From Chrysomallon squamiferum (taxonomy: Eukaryota; Animalia; Mollusca): 64,000 nucleotides of DNA. The notes below the pieces were generated by a model, which saw only the letters and a list, made by a program, of their open reading frames with translations, was not told where the DNA came from and searched no databases. Made by a program: the position numbers and the translations under genes. Below are positions 1-14,744 of this stretch, one piece after another (positions within the stretch are counted from its first letter, which is position 1; the number at the start of each line of letters is the position of its first letter). Location of the stretch: positions 32,922,001 through 32,986,000 of the forward strand of contig CM022670.1 in NCBI GenBank assembly GCA_012295275.1. The letters run 5' to 3'.

Positions 1-3000
1 TTATTTTTTTATAAATGAAAGCAGGCTATAGTTAATGAGAAGAAAAATATTTTATTTGAAAATGTAAAGGAAAATAAGTACACTCAATGTCTTTTTTATT
101 TTACCCTAAAATCTATCCTTTATTACGATGTAGAATTTTATTATATATTTATGGTAATATAACATTGTTTTAAAAGTTGTTATTTTCTGTGTGAAATTAA
201 TGGCTGAAAACCAAACAAACTTTTATTAAATAATAATAACAATAAATAATCAGAGCTTTCTGTCATGAAGAGTACAGATCACTGACTAAAACTAAATGAT
301 TTCCTGTTATTCAGAAGCAGTTTCCAAACTGCGAACAATCGTAAGCTTAACTACATGACATCGTTTTTAAAACTTACACGTAACTGTAGTCATTTGCAAT
401 ACCTTTATTGTTGTCACCATACAATGTCATTCTGGATTCAGAATACATATTAAATAGCTGAGTTTACAGGAAAAACAAATTTGTTTTGCTCCTTCTGAAT
501 GGAAACCCTGAAGCTTACACGTTATTAGTCTATTATTATTTCTTTCTTTCTCAATATTATTTTAACTCCCCCTTCATTTCATCGCCCTTAGGAGGAGATC
601 GTGATTAGAATGGAGACAAAGGGAAATCAAATCTAAGACAGTTTTCACCAAAACAATGAACTTTTCCATTAGTTTCTACAGCATCAGAATTTATCACTAA
701 TATTTAAATATTAAAGTCAGTGAAATAAAAATCAGAAATAGTTTTATTATAACGAAGAGAAGAAGGTTGAAATCCGCTGCTTTAAGCCAGGTTTTTTATG
801 CGATAAGGAATGTATCATGTTCTTTGATATATACCTATCTAACATATATACAATTCATTGTGAACTGGTTGGAACGAGGAACTTGAACATGAAACGTACA
901 GAGGAGGACTGAACCATCGATTTATCACAGCTAACACAACCAAAACGAACATGAATAGACGAGTGTTCAATGACCCGTCTGTTAATATTCAGAATAACAC
1001 GAATAACATGCATACGAAATGTCGTTACTAAAATTATAAATTTTAAACGAATCATTATTAGTTTTATGGCGTTCCTTCGAGTAAAAGTGCAGTAGCAGGT
1101 TACATAATTTAGTAACAAACAGCTGCAATCATGACCTCGATAGCAAGCACGAGTACATTGCTAATTCGTTTATGAGGGGTTTATTCGGACAATGAATTTA
1201 TGCATGAAGTGTATCTTCACTCATTAAGTGGATATATTTCCACCAAATTGCCTAATTTATTGATTTCCACTACCAGGATAATAATTTTTGTCTGCGGAGG
1301 TTGTAGTGTGTATAATATTAATATAATGAACGTGCCATTTGCAAATCCTAACATTGCTTATTGCGCATAGTCGTCAGTTAATTGTACTTTATTCCCTACC
1401 TAATATTACATTTTATGCCCAATAAAGAATACATTTGAAAAATGTTTAATTTTGATTACTTAAGATTTGTATTTAAAATTAACAGACGGTCTGTAGACAT
1501 TTGTTTAAAATTAAAGAGTGAAACACAGATTGGATAAATCTTAGATTCTCCAGACACCTATGCTATTTTCCATATCGTAGTACACTTCTACCACGTTCCA
1601 TAATAATTATAACTCCATACATCCATCGGTTCGATTTGTCTGTCGGCACCAAAATCGACAATGAATTCATATTTTACTACTTTTCATTATCATCATAATT
1701 ATTATTATTTTAGATAGTGAAATCTGAAGTAAAGCAAAACCATTCATAAATATTTAAAATCGTCAGTGTGAGTATTACTTTCAAATCATTAAAACAAAGT
1801 ATAAGCTGGAACTTTATAATCATACAGAATAATATGAGGATAAAATCTCTTTATACAAATGTATTCTTCTTGTTGACGAAGTGGGCAGCACTTTTCATAA
1901 TGTTTGATGGATGAATCAGTCTCCTGTGTGTTGTGGTATGTTGCAGTATTGTTATGCGAGTACCACGGAGATTATCGAAATAGTTGTGACACATCGGGGA
2001 GTCGTCACGTGTTAGGAACCGTGAAATTGAGGTTCTCTCACTCCAATGTCCACTAAGCATTAATGTAATGGCTTTTGGGAAAACCTTTCGAGAAAGAGCC
2101 ATACTTTTAAGAGAGAGAGAGAAAAAAAGGAACAAAAAGCTAACAACAAATTAGCTACTAATACCGAAAAAAAAAAAAAACCCCATATAATGTCAACAAA
2201 TAATAATAGCAATAATTATATATATTTATTACTACTACAACAATTATTGCTATTTTTACTACTACCACCATCACTACAATTACTTCTACTACTACTACCG
2301 CTACTATTGCTAGTGCTACTACTACTAGTAATAATACAGAACAATAATAATATCTTATTGTAGACAGAAAGATATTACACTGAGATGATAAACGTATCTT
2401 AGTTAAAAGTACGTTCTGCCATTAACGCTGTCATAAAAGAACTGAAGAATAATTTATTATCATTGACGATTTTAAAAATAAAATAAAATAAATAAATGAA
2501 ATTAAAAAAATAAAAAGAAGAAGAATACACAAAAATAAATATTCTTGAATAATAAATATAATTTTGCAGTATTTCAATAAAAAAATAAAATTAAAAAATA
2601 TATAAAGAAAGAAATTGTATTTTTCAAGATAGAAATGAATAACTTAAATAATAATTCCTGTTGGAATAATTTTTAATAAATCTAAAGTTGAAATCTGTTA
2701 ATAAAAAGAATAAGAAAGGTTTGATGGTGTGAAAAAAGATTGATTCTTTCCGTAATAAAAACTGCTGCTGTTATCATTGTTAATACTAGTACTGGTTTTT
2801 TTTTTGTTGTTGTTGTTGTCATTATTATTGTTATTATTTATTTATTTTTTTTTTTATTGCAATATTTTTTTTTTTTTTTTTTTTGCATTAATTATTTTTT
2901 AGATTTTTGGAAAGAATGGGTTTTTTCCTCCCTTTTTTTTTTAATTGCATTTTTTTTTTTTTTTTTTTTTTAAACCATTAATCATTGTATTTTTCTTTTC

Positions 3001-3624
3001 GGGCAGTCTTTCTCTAAGCACGCTACTTTGAAATTTTTTTTGTTTGTTAAAGACCCCTACCGGCTGACGCCTCATTTCACGGAGGTAATAACTCACAAAG
3101 ACCTGCATGGAGGCAAGTAACAACATCACGCCCAAAGCATCACACCACACCGCCGATAGCTAACGACGTTCACCATCATCATGTACAACAGCTAATTATA
3201 ATATATCATATCCCGCAGCAATCATTTTCTAACTTTTTTAAATACTGGAATAACGATTACAACACGCGTGAAGAAGACACGTGGGTTTTACACCCAAGAA
3301 AAGCAGAATTGTGACACCTCCAAATGGCACTTAATGTCATCCATTTAACTGCTTAACAGACTTTCAGATTGATAAAACTGGTCAAAAGCTGAAGTAAGAG
3401 ATGCGAAAAACGTGTAATGGAAGTTCTTCAGAATTCGTTAAAATGTCTTTTGTTTTATTTTTATTTTAATTTTTTTCTGATTCCCTGTAAAAAAGTAACC
3501 TTATGTTTTTGTTGTTACTTACTGTTATAAAGATTGATATTTCTAAAAAAGGCTGTATTTTTATGTGAGAATTTATTTTTTTAATTTTATTTCAAAATAA
3601 CTTTTTAACAGTTATTCTAATAGC

Positions 3625-3664
<40 letters not shown>
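3625..3664. repeat. (AAT)n microsatellite
   Basis: Directly visible pure tract. Confidence 0.95.
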
Positions 3665-3675
<11 letters not shown>

Positions 3676-4359
3676 TGAAAAATGCTCATTGTAGTTTACA
3701 GTACTGAATACATATTGTTATTAAAGAAAATTATATTAAAATGATTCCAAAACAATAACAACAAAAACTACTTTCACAATTTCCTAGCATTAAAGAAAAT
3801 CCATTAAAATTATTATTTAAACAACTTTAGCTTTACTTCAGCTGTAAACCTCAATTTTCTGTTACAAAAACATAGTATGTACCTAACACACTTATATTTA
3901 AACTTACTTCAAAGAAACCGGCATTCTAAATAACAAATGCACCGAAAAAGATTAAATTAAGTTACATTTTTATGCTTTAAGTTCTATAAAAGAGATTGGC
4001 ATTTGACTAGTCTAGAAATAAATGACAAATTTCCAGTGAACTTCAGAGGAGATATAAAAATTAAATAACCTATTTAAGCTTTAACTTGGATCCGTGAAGC
4101 CTCTATAACAATACAAATCTTACGTAAATGGCAACACAGGCGCCATAACAGACGACCCATTGATTCCCTTTAAGTTAAATCCACGATTAGTTTATATTTA
4201 TTGTTATATTTATAGCATCAGTATTCGTGCCAGGAAGTCGTAAATCATTCATTCATCCGTAAAACCTAGAAATTGAATTAAACGGTTCGTCAGTATTTGG
4301 TTTCACGTTTCCATGTATGATAGAAAATCAGGTCAATATTTTGGAGATTAAGAAAATGT

Positions 4360-4362
<3 letters not shown>

Positions 4363-4434
<72 letters not shown>
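4363..4434. repeat. (GA)n microsatellite
   Basis: Pure 72-bp tract. Confidence 0.97.
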
Positions 4435-4439
<5 letters not shown>

Positions 4440-5677
4440 CGTACTGGTAATAATAATAGTATATGCTCTCGATAACAGGTTATTTATTTGTAATCCTATG
4501 TTTTAAACAGCCAGGCTCACAGAGGATATTTACTCAATATCTAGATATCACAGTCATGTACAATAAACACTAAGTATCATTTCGAAAAATGCTCTCTTAA
4601 TGATAATCACACGATGTATTCTACGATAGTTGTTTTTCTTATATCGCTATAAACACCAGAATATAGTGAAATGATGACAACTTTGATCCATTCTTTGGAT
4701 CAAACTGCTGGAACCTGTGACTTGTATCCGAACCACAAACTCGATAATTTCTATAAATCTGTGTCCAAAAACAAATATTTTCATTTTTAAAATTCTCTCA
4801 GGAAACGAGAACGAAACCAAGTTTTAAAATGTTAAAATCTGACTTGATACATGTAATAATCATGTTTGTCTGTATCTTACTGATACCAAAACAAAAAATT
4901 TGTCATATATATTAAATGATAAACAAAAAAGCAAAAAATAAAAATAAAATAAAAACAAAAAACAATAACAAAAACAAACTCAGCTTTGATGATACCTTTA
5001 AAGACGTTATCAAGACTAAAAAAAGAAATAATATTACAAAAACAAAAACTAGGTACTAAAAAATAAAAATAAATTAAGCAAATTTCTTTTGAAAGTGTAT
5101 TCTCTGTTTTAATCAAGAATGTCGCTTTTTATTTTATTTCTTTTCTCTTCTTTTCATTTTAAATTATTTTAATCAGTTTCGAACCTACAGTGTAAATTTT
5201 GAGTACGTTTGAACTGAAAACTACGTCCGAGAGAAAACCAAAGGGTTTGGGGGTTTCGTAAAACTCGAAGGTAAATAACATTATTGCTGGATAATTGCGA
5301 AAGGACGAAATGACTCAGTAAAGGACGAACTGACAATAAAATCTTAATTACATAAAAAAAACCCAGATAGAAACCAAAATATGTAGAAATTAAGCAGTAA
5401 TTAAATGTCATTCCTTTCATGCACAGACTGAATTAAGAAAAACAGAAAATATTTTTGATTGCTGAAGACATTACGTTTACTGTCGTTTTGTACATTAAAA
5501 GAAAAAACAAATTGAAGTTTAAAGTTTGGTAAAAAAAACCCAAGCAGACGTTTACGTCTACTCGAAATAGGTTTGTTTTGAAAATAATTAGTTTGGTAAT
5601 TAAGTTGCTTAAAAACCTCTGTCTAGACAGAATCTTAATTTTTTATTTGTTTGTACTGGTAAGTTGTGTCTTAGGTC

Positions 5678-5717
<40 letters not shown>

Positions 5718-5903
5718 GTGATCGTGATGATGATAATCAGTATCGTCGTGGTTGTCATCATCGTGTTTATTAATAATATCGTTATTATTATTGTCATCAG
5801 TAGTATGATCTTTATTACAGAAAACATTACTGTAATTTTTATACTGTTTTTATTATTATTATTATTATTATTAATATTGTTATTACTGTTATTGTTATTA
5901 TTG
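5678..5903. repeat. (ATT)n microsatellite with degenerate triplet extension
   Basis: Pure ATT at 5678-5716, degenerate afterwards. Confidence 0.9.
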
Positions 5904-6138
5904 TAAAGATGTGGTGCTTTATTTCGAGGGATTAGTTTGTTACATGGTTGTAATAATTTCAGTTACATGCAGTTAAAAATATGAGGCTTTCCATCCATCG
6001 TAAAAAGATACAGTTTATTGTTATTATTGTAAAGATGTGGTGCTTTATTTCGAGGGATCAGTTTGTTACATGGTTGTAATAATTTCAGTTACATGCAGTT
6101 AAAAATATGAGGCTTTCCATCCATCGTAAAAAGATACA
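5889..6138. repeat. Near-perfect 126-bp tandem duplication (2 copies)
   Basis: ttattgttattattgtaaagatgtggtgc...aaaaagataca starts at 5889 and 6015; one visible substitution (gggattag / gggatcag). Confidence 0.95.
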
Positions 6139-6434
6139 AAACTGTCATAAAATTATTGATGTTTTTCAAATATTTGTACAGCAACAAAATTCATCAGCCC
6201 TTTTATAATTTCTTCTATTTTATTATTTTTTTTCATACGTTTACCGATTGTCGATATTAAGTTTGTTTTCTGAAAAGTAATCTTTATTTCTGAAATATTA
6301 ATCAGGAGGGAAATATTAGAAAATGAGAGGCAGTTTGAAAGATAAAATCGTAAAAATATAAAATCCAGTTTCAAAATAAAAAACCCATTAAAACTAGCCC
6401 CAGTTTCTATGTATTTGACTGTATTTCTATATCT

Positions 6435-6435
<1 letters not shown>

Positions 6436-6510
<75 letters not shown>

Positions 6511-6529
6511 GTGTCTGTCTGTCTGTCTG
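6436..6529. repeat. (TATC)n + (GTCT)n compound microsatellite
   Basis: Directly visible. Confidence 0.95.
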
Positions 6530-8100
6530 TGCATCTGAATCTGATTAAATCTTTTGTCTATGCCTTCCTCTTCCAGTCTCTCTTTATCCTAATCATTTCT
6601 CTCCTTCGTTTTGTATTCTGCTTATTCATTCTTTCTGTGACTCTTTATGTCTGTCTCTCTCACTTTCTCGAACTGCTTATATCTGCAAAACATCATTTTT
6701 TTTTAAATATCTTTTTCTCTCGTCGTCTTTCAATATCAGTTTAATATTTCTAATTAGAAAACAATCATAAAAACAAATTTAGTTTTACTATCCTAAATTC
6801 GAAAATCCAGAATTTAATTGCTTGTCTTAATGAGCATGTATATTTTTAAAATCAAAACACGAGAAACCTGTATCAGTTTAATATTAAATTTATATTATAG
6901 GATAATTATTACATACTCTTGCATCTAGCATAAATAAGAGTTTTATTTGTTTTGCAAACTAATGCTGCATTTAATACACATTTATTTTTATTTTTCGGTC
7001 TCTCAAATTATCATATTTTTGTTTTCATAAATTTATTTTTAAATTTTTCATCACTATAGATAGTACTTTAAAAATATATAACTGTCATTAAAAGATATAT
7101 GCGAAAGTACCATTATGAAAGTGGATAATATAACACTGAATACAATAGTTATTGAAATAAGAAGTAATAACACTCAAAATTCAAATAAAACATTTAGCAG
7201 ATATATTCTTCGTTGTTGAAAATATATTTTGTGTTACCAGTGGTCAGAGAAATATATTGTTCAGAAATATAGATAGTAATGCCCTTTCCCATAAGCCACT
7301 GGCTACAAAAAAAAAAAAAAAAAACAGAATGCAGAAAGAGAGAAAATCAGTAAATAAATGAAATATTTTGACAACGATGTCAAAGTATCCATAATATATG
7401 GATAGGTTAAAAAAGGCGAAGAAACAGTAACATACGAGAAAGACAAATGTGCAAACGTTATTGCTGGTTTGATAGATTAAAGAATGTGATATTTTTTTTG
7501 GAAAGAACTGTATAGATGGATAAATGGGCATACACAAATATGATATTAACATTGTTATGTGTGTGTGTGTGATTGCATACATATAGTATATATATATCTG
7601 TAGGTGTATACACATCCGCACACGCACACATATTAGTAAGTAACGTACACTGAATTTCATTTTTTTTTTCTCAATTAAAATAGGGTTGAAATATGAAATG
7701 TCGTGCAATTTGAATTAATATACTTCTTTTTACACATTTTTTATTTATTTTGTTTTCTATCTAATAAGAAACACAAACAAACAACAAAAATGGACGAGTA
7801 CGTGTTTGAGAGAAAAAGAAAAACGAGAGAAAAACAAATACTTGTATTCTTCTTATTTTTTGGTTGAGACAAAAAACAAAAAATAAACAAATTATGGAAA
7901 AAGAAATACATTAACTCACATTTAGCGATATTTCCTGACATTTCAACCTTATTAAAATTGACAAAATTTAATTCAGTGTACGATAATGTATATCTATATA
8001 TTTACTTTACATCCATCATTATAGGAAACGCAACAACTCGGCGACTTAAATTTAGAACACATCTCTCCATTCCTGCTCTCTCTTTTGATCAATAACACTG

Positions 8101-8132
<32 letters not shown>

Positions 8133-8358
8133 ATGATAAAATAGTGAACATAGTTTTTAAAAATGTTTAATTTCCTTCAATATTTTAAAGTACAAAAATA
8201 TAAAGCAAATGTTAAAATGTTTTACATATTACCTTTAATAATAAATAAAAAGATGATCTATAGTAAGATAATTTTTTTTCAAAAAAATGTTATGGCCGAA
8301 TAACTAATACTGTTATATTAATTCTATATTAAAAGCTAATATACTTGTATCTTGTTGA

Positions 8359-8590
8359 ATGTATGTATGTAAGTATGTATGTATGTATGTATGTATATAT
8401 ATGTATATGTATGTATGTATATATGGATATATATGTATGTATGTATGTATGTACTATACTATATGTGTGTATTTATGGGTGTGTGTGTATGTATATATTT
8501 ATGTATGTATGTATGTATGTATGTATGTATGGACTGTACTGTACATATGCATGTGTATGTATGTATGCATGTATACATTCTGTATGTATG
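8359..8590. repeat. Degenerate (ATGT)n microsatellite
   Basis: Directly visible; explains the overlapping MYVC-type ORFs. Confidence 0.93.
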
Positions 8591-9077
8591 AATCGATGTT
8601 TTGGGTTTAATTTCATTAATGTTGCTGACAAGAACATAATTTCTGTATATAACAACATATACAAAAAAACATCAAAAAACCCCCAGACGTCTTAAAGTAA
8701 AATTTCAGTGACGTACTTAGTGAATTTTAAGTTATGCTTCCAGGCACAATACATCGTTGGGGTTGTTGAAGTCTTACATCAACAACCGACGGCGTGAAGT
8801 CGGCATTACTTTCTAAACGTCGTTATACGTCTTCTACTTCAAGTGACCTGCAAATAATGGGTTCATCACACAACAAAAAGCCCATTTAGAGATTAGAAAG
8901 CATTGCACTGCTGCAAGAACACGATTTGGCCACTGGCGAACAGAGAAAACAATTTTATACGACTGCTATTCCAGATTACTGGAAATTCAGTGAAATCATA
9001 AGAATTCTGTTTTTTTTTTCTTTCTTTCTTGAGATTTTTCATAATAAACCTAATTACATTCCTTATCTTATCTAATC

Positions 9078-9209
<132 letters not shown>

Positions 9210-9394
9210 GTATCTATATGTTTCTCTGTAAGTAACTGTTTTTCTGTCTGTCTATCCATCCATCCAATATGTATTTTTCTCGGTCTGTCTGTCAGCTTTC
9301 CCATCTATCTGTCCATCTTTCTGTTATTATTAAGTCATTTCATCGGAGAGAAGATTCAATCTAACTGCCAACTTTTCTTTAGCTATACAGGGAT

Positions 9395-9468
9395 GGTATA
9401 CTGATACTGTCCCCGAGTCTGTCAGCCTTTCAGATCAAATGTGTTGACCACTAAACCATCAAGGCCTC
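9395..9468 (-). mobile_element. Possible eroded head of a tRNA-derived SINE
   Basis: Minus strand ggccttgaTGGTTTAGTGGtcaacac: Pol III A-box-like 11-mer (9448-9458) at a tRNA-like distance from a GGCC start; no clear B-box. Confidence 0.3.
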
Positions 9469-10613
9469 TGAAAAATATAGGACACATCAGCTATCGTTCG
9501 TAAACACACGTCTGCGTTTTTGAATTTGTAGCAGACGAGGGAGATGTCCGACACAACTCTGTGATCAGAACGTTTGTGAGGATTGAAATGAATACGATAA
9601 TCAGCGGCCGTCTTTCTAAGTTCATTTTAACAGTCCGCGCACAAATGAGGTTCATCATTTGATGATCAATATATTAGAGTCGAATATGTTGGCGAACCGT
9701 GGTTATTCCTAAAATAAACCCCGCAATTCTGTCAACTGCTCTTGAACCAAACTAATGGAAGTTACACAGAGATGTTTTCTGTGCGATAACCAATCGTAGA
9801 GTGCACTCTTCGTTTCGGTGAACGCGGACGATACGACTTTACGTGTTATTATCTTCACCATCATCGTCATTATCAAAGGTTTTGGAGTTTTAATTCATCA
9901 ATTTATTTTATTGGTAATAAAACTGATACGACTATATGGTACAAATTTCGGTCCATTTCCTTTTTTTAAAATAAAAAAGTAGCAAATGAAATCGTAAATA
10001 CAAATTCAAAGATAGGTTTCTGATGTCTTGGTAAATGCAGCATAAATCTCTTCTCAAATGATTCTTCGTTTCTTTTTTGATCATCATCATCGTAAACACT
10101 ATCATTACCGTCATTATTTTCGTTGTTATCTTTGTCGTCGCCAGCACCATATTCATCGGATTTTTCCTTTTTTTTTCATTTGAAGAAGAAAGAGATTTCA
10201 ACTGTCTTTGCCAAAGACGCGAAGATTATATTATTTCCTCTAGGCTCTTTGGGAAAATACCAAAACTCTGTGAAATACAGACACCTATGTAATATATAGT
10301 AGCATCGTTAAGCAAATCTTACGTATTTCTTTTCTCTTTTTTTAGACGTACGGGTCAAAAAAGTAAGCAATATTTAAGGAATATGGAATGAAGGTAATTA
10401 AAAAGTAATACTTTTTAATTATGACTTATGGTCGTTAAACATGGTATAAATTCCGGCTTTCAGTATGTTAAATATCTGGTAGAAAATCAGAGGCTGACTG
10501 TATAATATGACAAAATAGTAAAGACTCCATCTGGAAAATACTATTAGTGTAGTTATGTTGTTAAAACATGGTTCATTTGTATATTACCATATTATTCGTA
10601 CTATTACAGATGC

Positions 10614-10615
<2 letters not shown>

Positions 10616-10652
<37 letters not shown>

Positions 10653-10720
10653 CATCATCATTATTATTATTGGTAGTAGTAGTAATAGTAGTAGTAGTAG
10701 TAGTAGCAGTAGTAGTAGTG
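10616..10720. repeat. (ATT)n + (AGT)n compound microsatellite
   Basis: Directly visible. Confidence 0.95.
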
Positions 10721-11526
10721 GTGATGACCTCTATCTGCGCTCTTAACAGGGTACTACGTCCCAACCAACGATACAGCTGAATGTTATTAAAAGTCATCGA
10801 ATTTACATCGGATAATAAATGAAGCTACCAAACAGACCGATAGCCAGGAATGTAAACAATTAACAAAGCTAAAGGACTGGTGAATTTTTAGACGGTAGAT
10901 AAATAAAAACATATTCATAAAAAAAAAAAAAAAAAAATAAAATAAAAAATAAAAAAAATAATAAAAAGGCCGATGGATAACAATGCAGGTATCGTATAAC
11001 AGAAAAGTCACACCTATGATTAACTGGTTTCTGATAATAAGAACTACGTGCTAAACGACTCTAGTCTCCAGTACAACGACACAACACGATCACCGTCTAC
11101 AGGAATCGGAGAATATTTCCTGGTGGATAAGTATCGCTTTAAAGTGACGTCCAGGAGTCAAATGTTGCCAAGATGATCCCCATTCAGGAAACAATGGTGT
11201 GAAAATTTTCTACAACAGCGAATTAGCAAATCTATTTAAGTCGCTAATGTAGGAGGCGAAGCACAACTAAATCCAGTTTGTCATCGGCTTAATCTGTGTT
11301 TCCACAGCGTGAAAACAAATATCACAACTTAAAGACACACGAGATGAAATTAATATCTGACCTGAAAGCATTGTAAAAACGATGTAGACGGCGCTCAGCA
11401 AAACAGATAATGTAGATAGACTTTATAAAAAGAGGTTAATACACTAAATGTATATGTTAGCTGTTTTGTTTTGTTTTATTTTAATTTTTGATAGTTTACT
11501 TAAAGTTTAATTGTAACTATTATTAT

Positions 11527-11530
<4 letters not shown>

Positions 11531-11600
<70 letters not shown>

Positions 11601-11703
11601 GATAAACAGAGAAAGGAATACAGCGAGAAAGACAGAAAGAGAAATAGAAAGATAGATAATTATACGTGTGTGTGTGTGTGTGTGTGTGTATAGATAGATA
11701 GAT
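11531..11703. repeat. (GA)n, (GT)n and (GATA)n cluster
   Basis: Directly visible. Confidence 0.93.
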
Positions 11704-12672
11704 GAAAAATGTATAATCTATGAATTTATAGATCATTTCATATCTTACGTAACAAAAATTACTTGCTCCAGCCACTAACGATGAAAAAATCAGAAAAACA
11801 CAACTAAACATTAATACAATAAAAAAACCTCAACTTCATAAAAATTAAATAAAAAACATAAACAAAAAACTCTCAACAACTAATACCTCTTACCTCAAAT
11901 AAAATGATTTTATAAAAAGTCTAAATAGTGCTGAAGCATCATTAAACTGATATCATTTTTCTTTTCTTAATAATTTCGCTTGAAAGACAAATCTTCAGTT
12001 TCTTCTCGACCATCTCTCAACATGAAGTACTCTCCTCAGAGCAAAAAAACCCCAAAACAAAAAACAATCACAATATTATAATATCTGAAGTCTTCTAATT
12101 TGAGTTTGTCAAGGACAAATAAATTTGATACTGACCAAAACATATTATTACTCGCCATATTTTGGAAGGAAGATTAAAAAACGCTCGAATCTCAATTTGT
12201 CTATATAATTAATTGGTTTCTTTTGATGCAAGAAAATGCACCTAGAAGATAAAAGACAGATATTTTCTCATTTGCACGCTTGCATGCTTTGCGATTTTTG
12301 TGTGGCCTTTCATTCAATAATCTTTACACCCACACAATCACTTTTTTGGGAGAAAAAAAAATTCTTGAAGGTCTTTGAACTCAGAAATAACAAATTTAAA
12401 ATGTTTGAGTCCAAGATTAAGCGGATTTCAGGTTGTCTGGATAGCAAGAACGAGTAGGGGAAATTAACTAACCAAAGCAAATAAAAAACCACTTGACAGA
12501 AATAATTCTTTATAGAGGACTGAAAATAAAACTACTATAAATATACTGTAATTGTATTATTACTATTATTATAATAGTTATTATTCACTACTACTGCTAC
12601 AACAAGGCAATAACAACAAAAGCAACAACGACAACAACAACAGCAATTACTACTACTACTATTATTACTGAC

Positions 12673-12681
12673 AATAATAAC

Positions 12682-12738
<57 letters not shown>
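12673..12738. repeat. (AAT)n microsatellite
   Basis: Directly visible. Confidence 0.95.
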
Positions 12739-14685
12739 TTTAATAAAATAATAGTATCTTATTTAAATAATGATAATGATGATTACAAGGAAAAAGAAAA
12801 AGAAAAAAAAAAGGAATGGAATTTGAGACAAAATAAATGATAAATGAATAAAACAGATTTTTAAAAATAAAATCAGAAAAGGATATAATCTGTTCGTTTA
12901 AAGCGTTCAATTGCAAAGATTGTTGTTTCCAGTAATTATTATTATGTTTTGATTTTATTTGTACTAAATTACGATCTCAATTATTTTGTATCTGGTTAAA
13001 CTGAATTAACGATGTTAATTATAACGACAGAAATATGAATAGTTTTACTTAAACTACATTTAAATTATTAAAATAATTAAGTACAAATCGATAAATATAT
13101 AATAAATTTTATATATACAAAAACAAAAATATAAAAACACTCAAAATATCAGTTAAATAAGGAAATAACAACACAAAAATAGAATAAAATAAATAAAAAA
13201 TAAAATAATGTCAATACCAAAATATAAGCATAAAACTCAGGATCTCTGATAATTTTAAATTTCGTATGGACTTAATAATTTGAAAATATTTATTTCAGAA
13301 TATTCATCAGTATCAGCAATACTGCATTAATCCTAACACAGGGCTTACATTGCTATTAAAATTGTATTTCTTTAGATGTATATAAGAAAATATTAAATGC
13401 TTTAATATAATATAACATAGAATAAGCACAGAAAACACATATATAATTTCGTAAGTATGATGTTGATAATATCTTTTTTATCTCTTTTCTGTCTTATTCA
13501 GACACTACAGATACTGGAAGAAAGATACATTATTGTAGAAATATACTGTTTATAACATAATATTGGTATTTATCAGAAAGCAACAACACCACTCTCACAA
13601 AATAATCCTAAAAAAAAATAAATAAATAAACAAAAAAAAAAACCAAAAAAAAAAAAAAAACACAACAAAAAAAAAAAACAAACAAAAAACAAACAAAATA
13701 AACAAAGAAAAGAGACAAAAAAAAAAAAACTTCGTAAAAGCTAACTTACATATATTCTATTTGATTTAAAGGAAAAGAAAAGTGAATTTTTTTTATAATA
13801 AAATGGAATAGTAGAAAATAAAAGATAATAATATAAAAAGAGTGCTTGAAAAAAGAAAAGAAAAGAAGAAAAAGTAACTTGCTTGAAAGCAGAAATAACG
13901 ACATTCCTAACTTCCGGCATGGCACGAATCATCACCTGTAGCACAGTGGAGTGATTTTAAAATATTTTTATGCTTTGTAGTGCTCAATGCCGGGAAAATT
14001 AAGATATTTTCTTTTTGTTGTATCTTCGTATCCTAAGGCAATGTAGGACATTATTTTTACGACACTCTCTTTTACGTTTAATCTGGAAAAGAACAAACTT
14101 GTGTGTAGCTGAATGTAACGTAACCAAGAAATACGTATAAACATTGTAAACAAGAAATCCATCAACAAAAATATCAAAAAAAAAAAAAAAAAAAAAAAAA
14201 AATTATATCATTTAATCATAAAAACTTGTTGCCTTTCTAAATCTGATATATTATTTTATTTTTGTTTTATTTCGTGTGGACTAAGACAGAAATATGGAAA
14301 AGCTAAAAAAACAAAAAACAAAAACAAAAAACCCAAAACAAAAAGAACTGCAAAGATGGCAAAATGAATACATAACATGGATACACTGAATATCTTTATT
14401 AACGTGTATGTGGGTGTGGATGTGTTTTTGTTTATACGATATACTAATAAAAATGTAATATCTGTCGTCTACGTAAGCAATAAAACAAACCAAAATAATC
14501 TCATCATTCTTCCTAAGTAATAATAAAAATCATTCATTATAAAGTTATGAGATATAGCGGTTAGTGATATTTCATCTAACGGTCATTTGTAATTAACTCT
14601 AGAAATATCTGACACTATTTTTTTTTTTCATCATATTTTTGGTACTGATTGATACAAGAGGATCCAAATCTCAGGTTATGTAAAA

Positions 14686-14744
14686 TGTTTTTCTATATAT
14701 GAATGGATGTATGTGTTTTTCAAAATATGAATGGATGTATGTGT
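14686..14744. repeat. 28-bp tandem duplication
   Basis: tgtttttc..atatgaatggatgtatg occurs twice; gaatggatg at 14701 and 14729. Confidence 0.8.
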
